NCBI GenBank assembly: GCA_965218095.1 | Contig: OZ244587.1 | Location: 1,312,001-1,376,000, forward strand | DNA from: Candidatus Poribacteria bacterium | GTDB taxonomy: Bacteria; Poribacteria; WGA-4E; PCPOR2b | Length of the DNA stretch: 64,000 nt | Direction of reading: 5' to 3' | In this document: in pieces, positions 1 to 10,512 of the stretch | How the letters are laid out: each line of letters begins with the position of its first letter | Numbering within the stretch: position 1 is the stretch's first letter | Made by a program: the position numbers and the translations under genes | Notes under the pieces: generated by a model | The model's input: only the letters and a program-made list of their open reading frames with translations | Told to the model about the DNA's origin: nothing | The model's database searches: none

Positions 1-39
1 GAAGAGGCCCAAATCGAATCAGATCCCAGGCACCCACCG

Positions 40-708
40 CTAACGCGGCATTGGTCTACCCATGTCATCGGTCCCATCCCAGACGGACTGTGTCGATCCA
101 ACTTCATTGCTCTGAAGTTCTCGAACCAAAATCCCTCGCATATCATAAATACGAACGGTTGCTGATAAACTTGAAGGGTTATCAAAGGGTAGGGTAAGGC
201 ACGTGGTATTATACCTGTTATCGCTACCGTTAGGGGTAAAGGGGTTGGGAAACGGTGGCCTCATCTTGAACGTCCGAGGCGCCGCGGAAATGGGGAAGAT
301 GGCAAACAAACCAGTAGTGATATTGGCAGTTTTTATCTCCACAGTATTGTCTGTCTTGTCGAGGGGCCCGCCGAAATTATTCCATCGCACGCCGTCTCAC
401 TTGAAGACACTTAACAGTCTATTGGTCGAGTCATCACTTGTTGTGCCGTCAGTGGGAAATTCCAGAATGAGGGCCGCAGGTTCCTTGAGCATACCGGGGA
501 CTTCCGCTTGAATTTCCGGATCTCTCAAGGTAATACGGTACGCGATAAGCGGCGCAACCACGTCGGACGGAATCTCGGGATCGGCAGCCGCCGGCAGGAC
601 CTCCGCAGCCCGCGTGATGGCGACCGCTGCATCCCTGATCATCGATTAGGGTGGAATGATAAGCTGCGTGGCGTCGTCCTTTATGCCATCAAGGAACACC
701 ACCACCCT
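40..708 (-). pseudogene. Degraded secreted protein with C-terminal FlgD-Ig/CHU_C-like domain
   Basis: ORFs 397..642 and 40..390 are in the same frame, separated by TGA at 397-399 (FK*DGVRW, Trp expected); second in-frame TAA at 646-648; motif PFPNPFTPNG...VRIYDMRG..VREL...WDGTDDMG. Confidence 0.7.
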
Positions 709-792
709 TTCACTACTTCAGATGACTAAGCCTCATCTAGTCCAGGAGGACTCTTCCACAGAAGTGTGCGTCTCCACGGGCTCTTCGATAAT

Positions 793-2454
793 TTATGAAC
801 CACCCTCCTTAAATTCAGCATTCAGCCAAAGGATTCGTTGCGTATAAGCTGCCACTTCAGCTGTTATCCTGGCTTCGTTCCAGTGTCCTCTCTCAGCGAG
901 AAATCGTGCGATTTTCGGTGCTATGTCAACGCCTTGACCTGCTGTCAAACCGACTCGCATGCGCCGCCAGAGCAGGTCGTCGAGTGTCATCGCCATTTCA
1001 CCCCAAAAGGCATAAAGCACCTCTGCTTTCAAAAACACCAACGATTCCGCCATCGGCTCCGCAAGTGCTGGATCCTGGTCTATGAACTTTTGAATCACTT
1101 TCGCACCTTGACCATAGCGTTGGATGAGCCGTTCTCTCTCAGCAGTGGTAAGCAGGTTAGCGTGCCGCGCCAACTCTTGTCCGCCAGCATTTCGCAACGG
1201 GTTCGTCGCTGTTTTACAGCAACGTGGGCGCTGAAGTCCTTCTGCAATGCGGTTGACAGCTTCCTCAGCAATCTTTCGGTGCGTGGTCAACTTTCCACCA
1301 TAGATATACATCACGCCACTTTGACTCTCGGTTATCAAGTGCTCCCGTGAGGCAAAACCGCCGTTTTTAGGGGCAATGAGGGGGCGCACGCCAGCATATG
1401 CGGAAACGATGCTTGCCCGGTTTAAGGTTGCCGTCGGAAAAATTCGAGCCATTTCCGAGAGCAGATAGTCCACCTCATCGGTAGAGGGACGAACGGAATC
1501 AAGGTCAGCCTCAGGATTGGATTCGGTAGTGCCGACCGCGGATAAATTAGCGTCGTAGCGAAGCGAAAAAACAATGCGAGGCTTCTCATTCTGTCGTTTT
1601 TCCGTCTGTGTGAACGCAGCGATGCCATAGTGGCTTCGGTTCAAGCGGGGCAATAGGAGGTGAATCCCCTTTGCCTTTCGGTTTGTCAACCTTGGCACAC
1701 CGTTGTAGGCTGGGTCTTTCGCCCAAAGCTGGTCTGTCCAGGGCCCCGTTGCCGACACAATTTTCTGTGCGACAATCTCAAACTGTTCGCCAGAGATTAC
1801 ATCTTCAACCCGGACTGTGTATGCGTGGTTGGCTCGATCGGGCTGAGCAATGGATTCGAGAAACCGGACGTAGTTGGCAATAACCGCCCCGTGCTGATGC
1901 GCATCCTTAAGTGTCAGTAAGGTCAACCGTGCATCATCGACCATACTATCCCAAACGACGATGCACCCTTTTAACGATTTCGTCTCAATTGGCCCGACCA
2001 AATGCCGAATCTGCGCTGCATCACGGAACGTATACGCGCTCTCAGCCTTATCTGCTTTAGAGAGATAATTATAGTACTGCGCCGCGACACGCATACCGGC
2101 GAGTGGATACGGATCTCCCTTATAATTGAGTATGGCAATTGGCACCGGTTTGACGAGGTTCGGCGCGATGCGCAATAGAATCTCTCGTTCACGACGCGCC
2201 TCTTTTACCAGCGCAAAGTTACACTTGATGAGATACCGAAAACCGCCATGGATGAGTTGCGAGGTAGCACTGCTTGTACCATTGGCAAAGTCGCCCTTCT
2301 CAATTAACCCGGCTTTGAAATGCCCGTTTAACGCGAGGTCACGAATCAGCCCCGCCCCCACGATGCCGCCACCGATGACCAAAACATCCAACGGCTCGCT
2401 CTTTAAGCTTTTAATATTCTGTGCCCGAGTTCGGGCCGAGAATTCGTATGGCAT
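793..2454 (-). CDS. glpD: FAD-dependent glycerol-3-phosphate dehydrogenase/oxidase family protein
   Basis: DVLVIGGGIVG, GTSSATSQLIHGGFRYL, VDDARL, AGVRPL, GGKLTTHR motifs; start moved to MPYEF just after the upstream stop. Confidence 0.85.
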   Translation of the reverse strand: MPYEFSARTRAQNIKSLKSEPLDVLVIGGGIVGAGLIRDLALNGHFKAGLIEKGDFANGTSSATSQLIHGGFRYLIKCNFALVKEARREREILLRIAPNLVKPVPIAILNYKGDPYPLAGMRVAAQYYNYLSKADKAESAYTFRDAAQIRHLVGPIETKSLKGCIVVWDSMVDDARLTLLTLKDAHQHGAVIANYVRFLESIAQPDRANHAYTVRVEDVISGEQFEIVAQKIVSATGPWTDQLWAKDPAYNGVPRLTNRKAKGIHLLLPRLNRSHYGIAAFTQTEKRQNEKPRIVFSLRYDANLSAVGTTESNPEADLDSVRPSTDEVDYLLSEMARIFPTATLNRASIVSAYAGVRPLIAPKNGGFASREHLITESQSGVMYIYGGKLTTHRKIAEEAVNRIAEGLQRPRCCKTATNPLRNAGGQELARHANLLTTAERERLIQRYGQGAKVIQKFIDQDPALAEPMAESLVFLKAEVLYAFWGEMAMTLDDLLWRRMRVGLTAGQGVDIAPKIARFLAERGHWNEARITAEVAAYTQRILWLNAEFKEGGS

Positions 2455-2455
2455 G

Positions 2456-3838
2456 TCAAACAGCATCACTTTCTGCGAGCATTTCGGCATGACGAGCAAT
2501 TTTGCCGATAGCAGCGAGGACGCCTTCTGCGGCGTGGGGAATCGGATCGGTCAAGACAGGCAGGAACACCAGCCGCGAACAGGCTTTTTCGCTTACGGGC
2601 AGGTCACCTTCGACGTAGCCGTGGTAATCTCCCCCCATTTCAGGTGTACAGAGGGCCCCCCGCCCGTTCGTATAAATGTCAAGCCCCTCCGTAAACAGTG
2701 GCAGGCTATGGAGAAGCGGATACGGGTTGTCATTCGTTGGCAAGCTTCCTGAGAAGAGCGGCACCCCATCGCCGACCAAGAGTGGATATGGGTTATTATT
2801 TGCAAGAACTCCTTCTTTTCGGAGTGCATCAGCGAACACAGGTGCCGGTAGCCCGCTCATTTCTGCCGGGTGGTAATGGATAGGGAACCCAAAGAAACCA
2901 GCCGGCTCTACCCCCGCGTATGTCTCAACAGCACTGACCCCCGGAACCGCCCGCAATCCGTTTGACACCTCTCGAATGTAGGTGCGACGCTTCGCGTTCA
3001 GTGCATCCAGTTTCTCCATCTGCACCGATGCAATGCCGATTGCGAGCGGGTGTGCGCGATATTTAACCCCAAGCCCCATAGGGGGGAGATGCTTGTATTT
3101 GGGGTTCCCCCCCTCAATTTTGACCGAGCGGTTCACCTGCCCGAGTAAACAGGCGCGTTCAAAAACCGCAGCATCGTTGGTCGCCAGTACACCGCCTTCG
3201 CCACCGCTAACCGGTTTGCTACCTTGTAAACTCCAGGCACCAACGTGTCCGATGCTTCCGCACGGCTCGCCTTTGTAGCTTGCGCCATGCGCGTGCGAGC
3301 AATCTTCTATCACAGGGACACCGGTCTCCTTGCTCAACGCCATCAGCGCATCCATATCACAGACGTTCCCCCACAGATGGACAGCCACAATCGCCTTCGT
3401 CCGCTCTGTGATGCGCCGCCGAACGTCAGCCACATCAATTAGCAAGGTTCGCGGATCAATTTCGCAAAAGACCGGTTTCGCCATCAGCATCAGCGCAGGC
3501 GTAATCGAACATATCCACGTATAGGTTGGGCAGATGACTTCATCTCCCGGACCAACCCCGAGACCGAACATTGCACTATGTATCGCCGCGGTGCCGTTGA
3601 TAAGGCTTATCGCAAATTCGGTGTGATACCGTTCACACCACATCTGCTCAAACGCTTGAACAACCGGAGATGCACCCGAAAGCTCGTTGCGAAGGGTCAT
3701 TTGATAGGCGATTCGTGCCTCGGCTTCCGTGATTTGGTGCCACTGTTCAAGTTTCGGATAGGCGGAGGCAGTCGCTGATTCAAAGATGGGCGTTCCGCCC
3801 AACACGGCGGGTAAGTTTTTCAGGTCGGTTTTAGACAT
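2456..3838 (-). CDS. DegT/DnrJ/EryC1/StrS family PLP aminotransferase
   Basis: NGTAAIH, GVGPGDEVI, VIEDCSHAHGA, SLQGSK (PLP lysine), GEGG; start codon uncertain. Confidence 0.9.
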   Translation of the reverse strand: MSKTDLKNLPAVLGGTPIFESATASAYPKLEQWHQITEAEARIAYQMTLRNELSGASPVVQAFEQMWCERYHTEFAISLINGTAAIHSAMFGLGVGPGDEVICPTYTWICSITPALMLMAKPVFCEIDPRTLLIDVADVRRRITERTKAIVAVHLWGNVCDMDALMALSKETGVPVIEDCSHAHGASYKGEPCGSIGHVGAWSLQGSKPVSGGEGGVLATNDAAVFERACLLGQVNRSVKIEGGNPKYKHLPPMGLGVKYRAHPLAIGIASVQMEKLDALNAKRRTYIREVSNGLRAVPGVSAVETYAGVEPAGFFGFPIHYHPAEMSGLPAPVFADALRKEGVLANNNPYPLLVGDGVPLFSGSLPTNDNPYPLLHSLPLFTEGLDIYTNGRGALCTPEMGGDYHGYVEGDLPVSEKACSRLVFLPVLTDPIPHAAEGVLAAIGKIARHAEMLAESDAV

Positions 3839-4063
3839 GAGAGGGCATTCAACCTCCGTCAAATTCATTCGCTCCCCAACCGCTAACACGGATTGTTTTC
3901 AAGAAAGAATAGCACAAGGGTCATTCGCGTTCGTGCGTAACTGCTTACTGTCCCTGCTTGCAATGGGCAGGTTTTTCCTTCTGCACAATTGTGCTCATCA
4001 TCCGGGGACAGAATCTGCGTGCGTTAACATGGGGCGGTATCTATTATTAACAGTGTTTCGTGA

Positions 4064-4090
4064 GTCAGCTACCCCGCACTAAAGGACGGA
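4064..4090 (+). mobile_element. Remnant resembling an IS200/IS605 (IscB/HEARO-type) element end
   Basis: GTCAGCTACCCCGCACTAAAGGACGG resembles the GTCAACTACCCC..CTRAA.G.CGGGG terminal hairpin; related copy at 44155-44186. Confidence 0.45.
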
Positions 4091-4895
4091 AGACGCTAGG
4101 ATTTAGACCATTTTGTCACATCGTGAAGGGTTTATCTTTCTACAATCCTGTAAATCCACACCAAGATTCAAGGATTATCAAGATTGTGGAGGGGCAAAAC
4201 CTCAATTCTGATGGAGGATTCTATCAATTTCCAGAATCGTTGTCAAGAGATATTTTGACATCTGACCGTGCGATTTCCGCCCCTTGCATGTCGCTCACGT
4301 GTGCACTGATGATTTGTAAGACGAGTTTTGTTATCTGCCCAGCCCCCTGCCAAGAATGAAAAGTTTCAATCGGTTCATCTATAAATTGCTTTCGGGGATG
4401 TAGTTCCATGCGACTGTTCTGCTTCTGAAGGAACCCATCCGGCGTCAAATCTGAGGGAATATCACTGACTTAACAAGCGAAGTTATTGCAAATCTGTTAC
4501 AGTGTCATTACAAATTCCCCACGCATGGGCTCAATCGAGTTTACCGAGGGGCTGACCCAGAAAAAACAGGTACAGACAGACTTCAAGTATGAGTCGTCGG
4601 CAAATGCTCACGGTTTTGCCGACGACTGAGTAGAGCCACCTCCTTTCGATTCGTAGTTTTGGGGTGAATGTATCGCCGAATCATTTCATCGCAAAGTTTA
4701 CGACCAATAACACCGAAATTCAACCTGTTTTTCTGTTTTTTCTCGTGGGGAATTTGTACAGTGTCATCAAAAAAGAAATACCCGCATCCAACATTTGCCA
4801 GACACAGGCGGCTTCCTCTGGAATAAAACGAATCAAAGCAGACTGATAGCAATATACTACCCAGTCTACCTGTTTCCCAATGTCACACACAACGC

Positions 4896-5392
4896 CTAAT
4901 CTTTGATGTCAGTTGTGGCTCCCAGGCCTGGGCTATCAGTACCCAGAACCGCGCGTGGGCCTTCGCCCTCATTGCAAACATACAGGATTCTGTTGCCATC
5001 CCCATTGGTGTCGCCCAACGCTTCGGCAAAAAATGTCGATGCGGTAGCAGCCGTCACCTCATACGCAAAGCGGACATCGGCGTTTGTGGAAAAACCAATA
5101 CCGTCGAAGTTTGTAGGAGCTGGGCCTATCACCGTCCACGGTACGGACTGTTCGTCCACGGACCCCGCGGCCCGGGGCGAGGCCGTACATAGTATCCGTT
5201 AGTCAACTTATAGCTCTCTTCGGAGAGCTTGATGCCATTGAGGTTGGTGCTCGCCTCAGAGTGCCTGGCACCCGCCTAGAACTTCAGGTAGACTAGGATG
5301 CTGACCCCAGCGAGAATGACCACAATGGCTACAGCAATCAGGAGCTCCATGAGGGTAAACCCTCTTTGGTCTGTTGCAAACTGCTTGAACAT
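4896..5392 (-). pseudogene. Type IV pilin (PilA-like), disrupted
   Basis: ATG 5392 with AGGAG SD; MFKQFATDQRG|FTLMELLIAVAIVVILAG prepilin motif; TAG at 5276-5278, then AGARHSEASTNL; frameshift near 5170 into ORF 4896..5159. Confidence 0.85.
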
Positions 5393-5423
5393 GAATCGTA
5401 AGCTCCTGTAGCCAGCCCAAACC

Positions 5424-6365
5424 TCATTTCAACTTTTTCATACGACCTTCTACTTTGGGTATGAGATCTCGCAGGACAGGGTTGGTACGAGCAAGGTAGA
5501 TAGCCTTTTTGTACTGAGTCCTGGCTTGCTCATCGTTGCCCTGTTCATCATAGACCATTCCCAAATTGTAATGGGCTGACGCATTGTTCGGATTGATGTC
5601 GACTGCCTTCTTCAATTCTGCCATGGCCTGGTCGAGTTTGCCTTGCTCCCTGTAGGTACTTCCTAGATTGCTATACACCTGTGCCAAATCCGGGCTGATG
5701 GCAATCGCCTTTTTGAAGTGAACAATCGCCTCATCGAGCTTGCCTTGATTGTAGAGGGTCATGCCCAGATTATGATGGACTCGTGCGGAATCCGGAAGGA
5801 GGTGAATTGCTTCTTTGAATGCTGCAACGGCTTCATCAAGTCTGCCTCGACTATCATAGGCCCTCCCCAGATTGTAGTATGCTCGCGCATCGTCAGGATT
5901 GAGACGAATCGTCTCTTTGAAGTGGGCAATGGCCTGGTCGAGTTCGCCTTGACTCCTGTAGGTGTATCCCAGATTGTTATGTACTCGTGGATCGTCTGGG
6001 TCGATGCTGACTGCCTTTTTGAACACCACTATAGCAGCTTCATGATTGCCTTCTACAAGATAGGCAAGCCCGAGACTATTATGTGCTTCTACAAAGCCCG
6101 GGTTGATGCGAATCGCCTTTTTGTACGCGAGCATCGCTTTATCAATTTGACCCTGGCGATAATAGGTAATCCCCAGATCGTAATATACCTCCGCAAAGCC
6201 TGAATCGATGTCAATCGCCTTTTTGTACGCTAAAATCGCTTCAGTAAATCTGCCTTGCTCCCGATAAGTATTTCCTTGATTATAATGCGCTATCGCTTCT
6301 TCATCACGGCAGGAAATGAGAAAGAAACTCACCCCGATGAGGTAAATCGCAAACAAGTGTTTCAT
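5424..6365 (-). CDS. TPR-repeat exported protein/lipoprotein
   Basis: About 8 canonical 34-aa TPRs (AHYNLG...A...FKKAI.I.P); signal peptide ending LISC. Confidence 0.9.
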   Translation of the reverse strand: MKHLFAIYLIGVSFFLISCRDEEAIAHYNQGNTYREQGRFTEAILAYKKAIDIDSGFAEVYYDLGITYYRQGQIDKAMLAYKKAIRINPGFVEAHNSLGLAYLVEGNHEAAIVVFKKAVSIDPDDPRVHNNLGYTYRSQGELDQAIAHFKETIRLNPDDARAYYNLGRAYDSRGRLDEAVAAFKEAIHLLPDSARVHHNLGMTLYNQGKLDEAIVHFKKAIAISPDLAQVYSNLGSTYREQGKLDQAMAELKKAVDINPNNASAHYNLGMVYDEQGNDEQARTQYKKAIYLARTNPVLRDLIPKVEGRMKKLK

Positions 6366-6608
6366 TCTGGGTCTCTCCCCGTATCGTAAGTCTCAAGCGA
6401 ATCCACGAAGCTCAACGAAGGCTGTGACTTGCTCCCTGATGTGCTGACTCATTAAGATGGGGCATATCCCGGGCATCGGAAAATCTTTCTATCCTGTCTG
6501 AGATTTTCCGCTTGATTTTTCCCTGATTTTGCGGTACAGTGTAGCATCATTAGGGAATAATGTCAATAAAGAAAGACAAGAAAGCGATCTACTCAGAAGG
6601 CAAAATTC

Positions 6609-8441
6609 ATGGCGAATCACTCTGACAGAGGAAAAGACCAACCCTCAACTTCATTTGCGGGGCCTCATCGTCAATCAGACAATCCGAAATCGATTGACCC
6701 CATTACAGTGGAACTGATCAAGAACGCGCTCGATGCGCTAGTGGATGAGATGGCGCTGACGCTGGTGCGCACGGCGTATTCGTCCAATCTAAAAAACTCG
6801 ATGGATCTGTCGGCGGCGGTGTGTGACATATACGGGCAACTCATCGCACAAGGCTTGACGCTGCCATTGCATCTCGGCTCGGTGCCCGAGTATATGCGAG
6901 CGGTCATCTCCAAGTTTGGTGAGCAGATACGTGATGGTGACATCTATATCACCAATGACCCGTATGAAGGTGGATCGCATCTGCCAGACATGTATTTGTG
7001 CAAACCGATCTTTCTCGACGATTCAGCGCCCATCGCCTTCGTCGTTTGCATTGCCCATCACACGGACATTGGCGGCAAGACACCGGGCGGCAATGGCTGC
7101 GACGCAACGGAACTCTATCAGGAAGGCTTGTGCATCCCACTGCTTAAACTCTACGACGCAGGCGTGGCGAACCAAACTATCTTCGACTTCATCGCTCGCA
7201 ACGTGCGCATTCCGCGACAGGTCCTCGGCGATTTACGGGCGGAACTAGCGTGCTTGCACGTCGGCGAGCAGGGGTTGCGCGCCCTGTTCGAGAACTACAG
7301 ACTGGAGCAACTGTCAGCCTACTTTGCTGAACTGCTCAACTACGCCGAGCGAATCGCGCGGTCGGAGATCGCCGCGCTGCCCGATGGCGTTTATGCGTTC
7401 ACCGACCATCTTGATGACGACGGTATCGATCCCGACCCGATTCCGATTACGGTGACGGTCACGGTTCGCGGCGACCAACTGACGGCTGACTTTACAGGCA
7501 CATCGTTGCAGGTCAGAGGCGGTATCAACTGTCCGCTCTCGTTCACGCAATCGACCACCTATGCCTGCGTGCGCTGCTTGATGGGTGCAGACGTGCCGAA
7601 CAATAGCGGCTATTTCCGCCCGATTACTGTTATCGCACCGGAAGGCACGATTGTTAATCCACTGCCGCCGGCACCGGTTGCAGCGCGAGGCTTGACGGGC
7701 TTTCGCATTGCCAACACCGTGTTTGGGGCGCTCGCTCACGCTGCCCCAGACCGTGTTCCGGCGTGCGAAATCGGCGGCGATACCGGCGTGAGCATCGGCG
7801 GCTATGAGCGCATCGTACGGGACGGAAAGACCGAATTGCGGGGATTCGTCTTCCTCGAATTTCTCTACGGCTCGTGGGGTGGGCGTCCGAATCAGGATGG
7901 GATTGATGGTGTGGCAAGCGCAGTCGTGAATTTTGCCAACAATCCCACCGAAGTGCTGGAAGCCGAGGCACCGCTGCGCATTGAGGGTTACGGCTACCTC
8001 CCTGACACCGGCGGCGCGGGGGTGCATCGCGGCGGGCTGAGTTTGGTGCGCGACTTCCGCCTGCTTGCTGAAGAGGCCACACTGCAAATTCGCGCCGACC
8101 GCACAAAGTATCCGCCCTATGGCCTGCACGGTGGGGTGGCGGGCGCACCGTCACAGAACATCTTGAACCCCGATGGCGAAGCGCGTGAACTGCCTCCTAA
8201 GCCCACGCTGACCATCCAGCGTGGCGATCTCTTCCGCCACATCGCAGCCGGTGCAGGGGGATGGGGGGTGCCCTTCGAGCGCGATCCGCAAGCGGTGCTA
8301 GCAGATGTGATGGAAGAGAAGGTTACGCTGGCGCACGCACGTGATGCCTACGGCGTGATGATTAACCCGCAGACGTGGCAAGTAGATGAGGAAACCACGC
8401 AGCGAATGCGGGATAGTCACGGACAGGGAACAAATCGATGA
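6609..8441 (+). CDS. Hydantoinase B/oxoprolinase family protein
   Basis: IDPITVELI, RTAYSSN, NDPYEGGSHLPD, HHTDIGG, ELYQEG, GAGGWG. Confidence 0.92.
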   Translation: MANHSDRGKDQPSTSFAGPHRQSDNPKSIDPITVELIKNALDALVDEMALTLVRTAYSSNLKNSMDLSAAVCDIYGQLIAQGLTLPLHLGSVPEYMRAVISKFGEQIRDGDIYITNDPYEGGSHLPDMYLCKPIFLDDSAPIAFVVCIAHHTDIGGKTPGGNGCDATELYQEGLCIPLLKLYDAGVANQTIFDFIARNVRIPRQVLGDLRAELACLHVGEQGLRALFENYRLEQLSAYFAELLNYAERIARSEIAALPDGVYAFTDHLDDDGIDPDPIPITVTVTVRGDQLTADFTGTSLQVRGGINCPLSFTQSTTYACVRCLMGADVPNNSGYFRPITVIAPEGTIVNPLPPAPVAARGLTGFRIANTVFGALAHAAPDRVPACEIGGDTGVSIGGYERIVRDGKTELRGFVFLEFLYGSWGGRPNQDGIDGVASAVVNFANNPTEVLEAEAPLRIEGYGYLPDTGGAGVHRGGLSLVRDFRLLAEEATLQIRADRTKYPPYGLHGGVAGAPSQNILNPDGEARELPPKPTLTIQRGDLFRHIAAGAGGWGVPFERDPQAVLADVMEEKVTLAHARDAYGVMINPQTWQVDEETTQRMRDSHGQGTNR

Positions 8442-10348
8442 AAAACACGTCTATCACCTTTCAAAGCGGTTTAACATGGAAGTCCTTTCTCATTAGCCTG
8501 TTGCTCATTCCGATCAATATTTATTGGATCATCGAGCTTGAAGTAGTTCGGGCTAACTACCCAACGCTTATCCATCCGCAATTTAACGCTATTTTTAGTG
8601 TCTTTTTGTTCCTTTTGATTGGGTACACACTCGGCAAAATCTCCCCGACACTCGGCATTTCTCAGCAGGAGCTCCTCACCATCTATTTCATGTTGTGTAT
8701 TATTTCCTGCCTTTGTTCGTGGGACATGATGCAAATCTTAGTGCCGGTCATGAGTTATGCGTTTCGGTTTGACACCCCTGAAAACGACTGGCAGCAATTG
8801 TTTTGGAAGCACCTTCCACAGTGGCTCACCGTGCGAGACGGAAAAGCCCTGATTGGTTACTACGAAGGGGGTTTAAACCTCTACACCGGGGGCTATTTTA
8901 AGGCATGGCTTGTCCCCGCCGTTTCATGGAGTTCGTTCATCTTTGTGTTGATGGTTGTGATGTTATGCATTAACACGTTGTTACGCATCCAGTGGGCAGA
9001 ACGTGAACGGTTGACTTACCCCCTCATTCAACTCCCGCTAGAGATGACCAATCCCAGAGTGGGGTTCTTCAAAAATAGACTGATGTGGTTCGGTTTCGGC
9101 ATCACCGCGTTGATAAGTATCATCAACCTGCTCAACTCAATCTACCCTGTCGTTCCCTATATCCCCATCAAACGGATGAGGGTGGGGCCGGTATGGCTTG
9201 CATTCTATCCGTTCGCAATTGGCATTGGATTTCTCATGCCGCTGCATCTCCTGTTTTCATGCTGGGCGTTTTACTGGCTGTACAAGATCGAACTGATGGT
9301 CGGGGACCTCATGGGTTGGCGAAGTCTTCCACGTTTCCCTTATGCCGGCGAACAGGGCTTCGGTGTATATATGGGGCTGTTAGGATTCGCCCTGTGGACC
9401 GGCAGATTGCATTTCAAAGGATTGGTGCGTCATCTGTTCAGTTCCCGGACATCCCCGTGGCGACTGGATGACACCCGCGAACCGATGTCCTATCGCCTTG
9501 CGGTCGCAGGCATCCTGACCGGTATGACCTTCCTGGCGTTCTTCTCCTACAAAGCCGGAATGTCGTGGTGGGTGATTCCAATTTTTTTTGGAATTTACTT
9601 CTTATTGGGGATAGCGGTTGCCCGGCTGCGTGCGGAGTTGGGCATTTTAATACACGGGCATGGTTTTCTTCCGGGTATCCAGACACACAAGATAATTATT
9701 GCCGGTGTTGGTACACGTCGACTTGGTACGAGCACCCTCACCGTTTTTTCGCTGTATATGTTTTTCAATCGCGCCCATTGGGTGAATCCGATGCCGGAGC
9801 AATTGGAAGCCTTCAAAATGGCGGAAAGGGGGCATATCAATCTGCGTCATACGGCGGTTGCCATTTTGCTGGCAACATTGATCGGATCGATTATGACTTT
9901 TTGGCTATTTTTGGATAGCATCTATCGAAATGGCCATGAATCTGGATACTATCACCCACATTCACTGTGGTACGGGTTGATGGTCTATGGTCAGCTTGAA
10001 AATTGGCTGACCTATCCGAAGGAGACCGATAGCCCAGCGCTTGCGTTTATGGGAGGTGGACTTGGGTTGACTGTCCTGTTGATGTTTTTGCGAACGCGCT
10101 TTCTGTGGTGGCCCCTCCACCCACTCGGCTATGTAACAGCAAGTAGTTGGGGAATGGGTGTTCTATGGTGCTGTTTCTTTGTTGCCTGGGTAATCAAAAC
10201 TGTCATTCTGCGTTATGGTGGACTCGGACCGTATCGACGTGCTGTTCCTTTCTTTTTGGGAGTTATATTGGGAGATTATATTTGCGGTAGTATTTGGAGC
10301 ATTGCGGCTATTTTGACCACCACCCCGCTATATAACCTTTTTCCTTAA
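8438..10348 (+). CDS. Polytopic membrane protein, putative peptide-transporter-like (DUF6785/DUF6784-type)
   Basis: Many hydrophobic segments; QWAERERLTYPLIQLP and WWPLHPLGY motifs; ATGA overlap with upstream gene. Confidence 0.7.
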   Translation: MKNTSITFQSGLTWKSFLISLLLIPINIYWIIELEVVRANYPTLIHPQFNAIFSVFLFLLIGYTLGKISPTLGISQQELLTIYFMLCIISCLCSWDMMQILVPVMSYAFRFDTPENDWQQLFWKHLPQWLTVRDGKALIGYYEGGLNLYTGGYFKAWLVPAVSWSSFIFVLMVVMLCINTLLRIQWAERERLTYPLIQLPLEMTNPRVGFFKNRLMWFGFGITALISIINLLNSIYPVVPYIPIKRMRVGPVWLAFYPFAIGIGFLMPLHLLFSCWAFYWLYKIELMVGDLMGWRSLPRFPYAGEQGFGVYMGLLGFALWTGRLHFKGLVRHLFSSRTSPWRLDDTREPMSYRLAVAGILTGMTFLAFFSYKAGMSWWVIPIFFGIYFLLGIAVARLRAELGILIHGHGFLPGIQTHKIIIAGVGTRRLGTSTLTVFSLYMFFNRAHWVNPMPEQLEAFKMAERGHINLRHTAVAILLATLIGSIMTFWLFLDSIYRNGHESGYYHPHSLWYGLMVYGQLENWLTYPKETDSPALAFMGGGLGLTVLLMFLRTRFLWWPLHPLGYVTASSWGMGVLWCCFFVAWVIKTVILRYGGLGPYRRAVPFFLGVILGDYICGSIWSIAAILTTTPLYNLFP

Positions 10349-10512
10349 AGCGAACATGAGGAACAGGGAACACGAAACAGGTCAGACAGCGCAGTTGTCT
10401 CCCCTGAGACGGAAACTGTTGGGGCTTGATCGATGGGAAGACTAAAGTCAAAGAGACTCCCAGACCTGACAGGTCTACCAAATCCATACGGACTAAAAAA
10501 AGGAATCAGAAC

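Noticed and set aside
397-399. In-frame TGA at a Trp position suggesting an alternative genetic code
   Set aside because: TGA ends many intact genes here, and the same pseudogene also has a TAA stop.
4224-4500. Protein-like remnant on the minus strand (similar one at 20925-21060)
   Set aside because: No recognisable family or start signal, so it cannot be called.
7314-8129. Long antisense ORFs (also 29946-30773, 37649-38458, 49130-49942)
   Set aside because: Shadows of well-supported genes or pseudogenes on the other strand.
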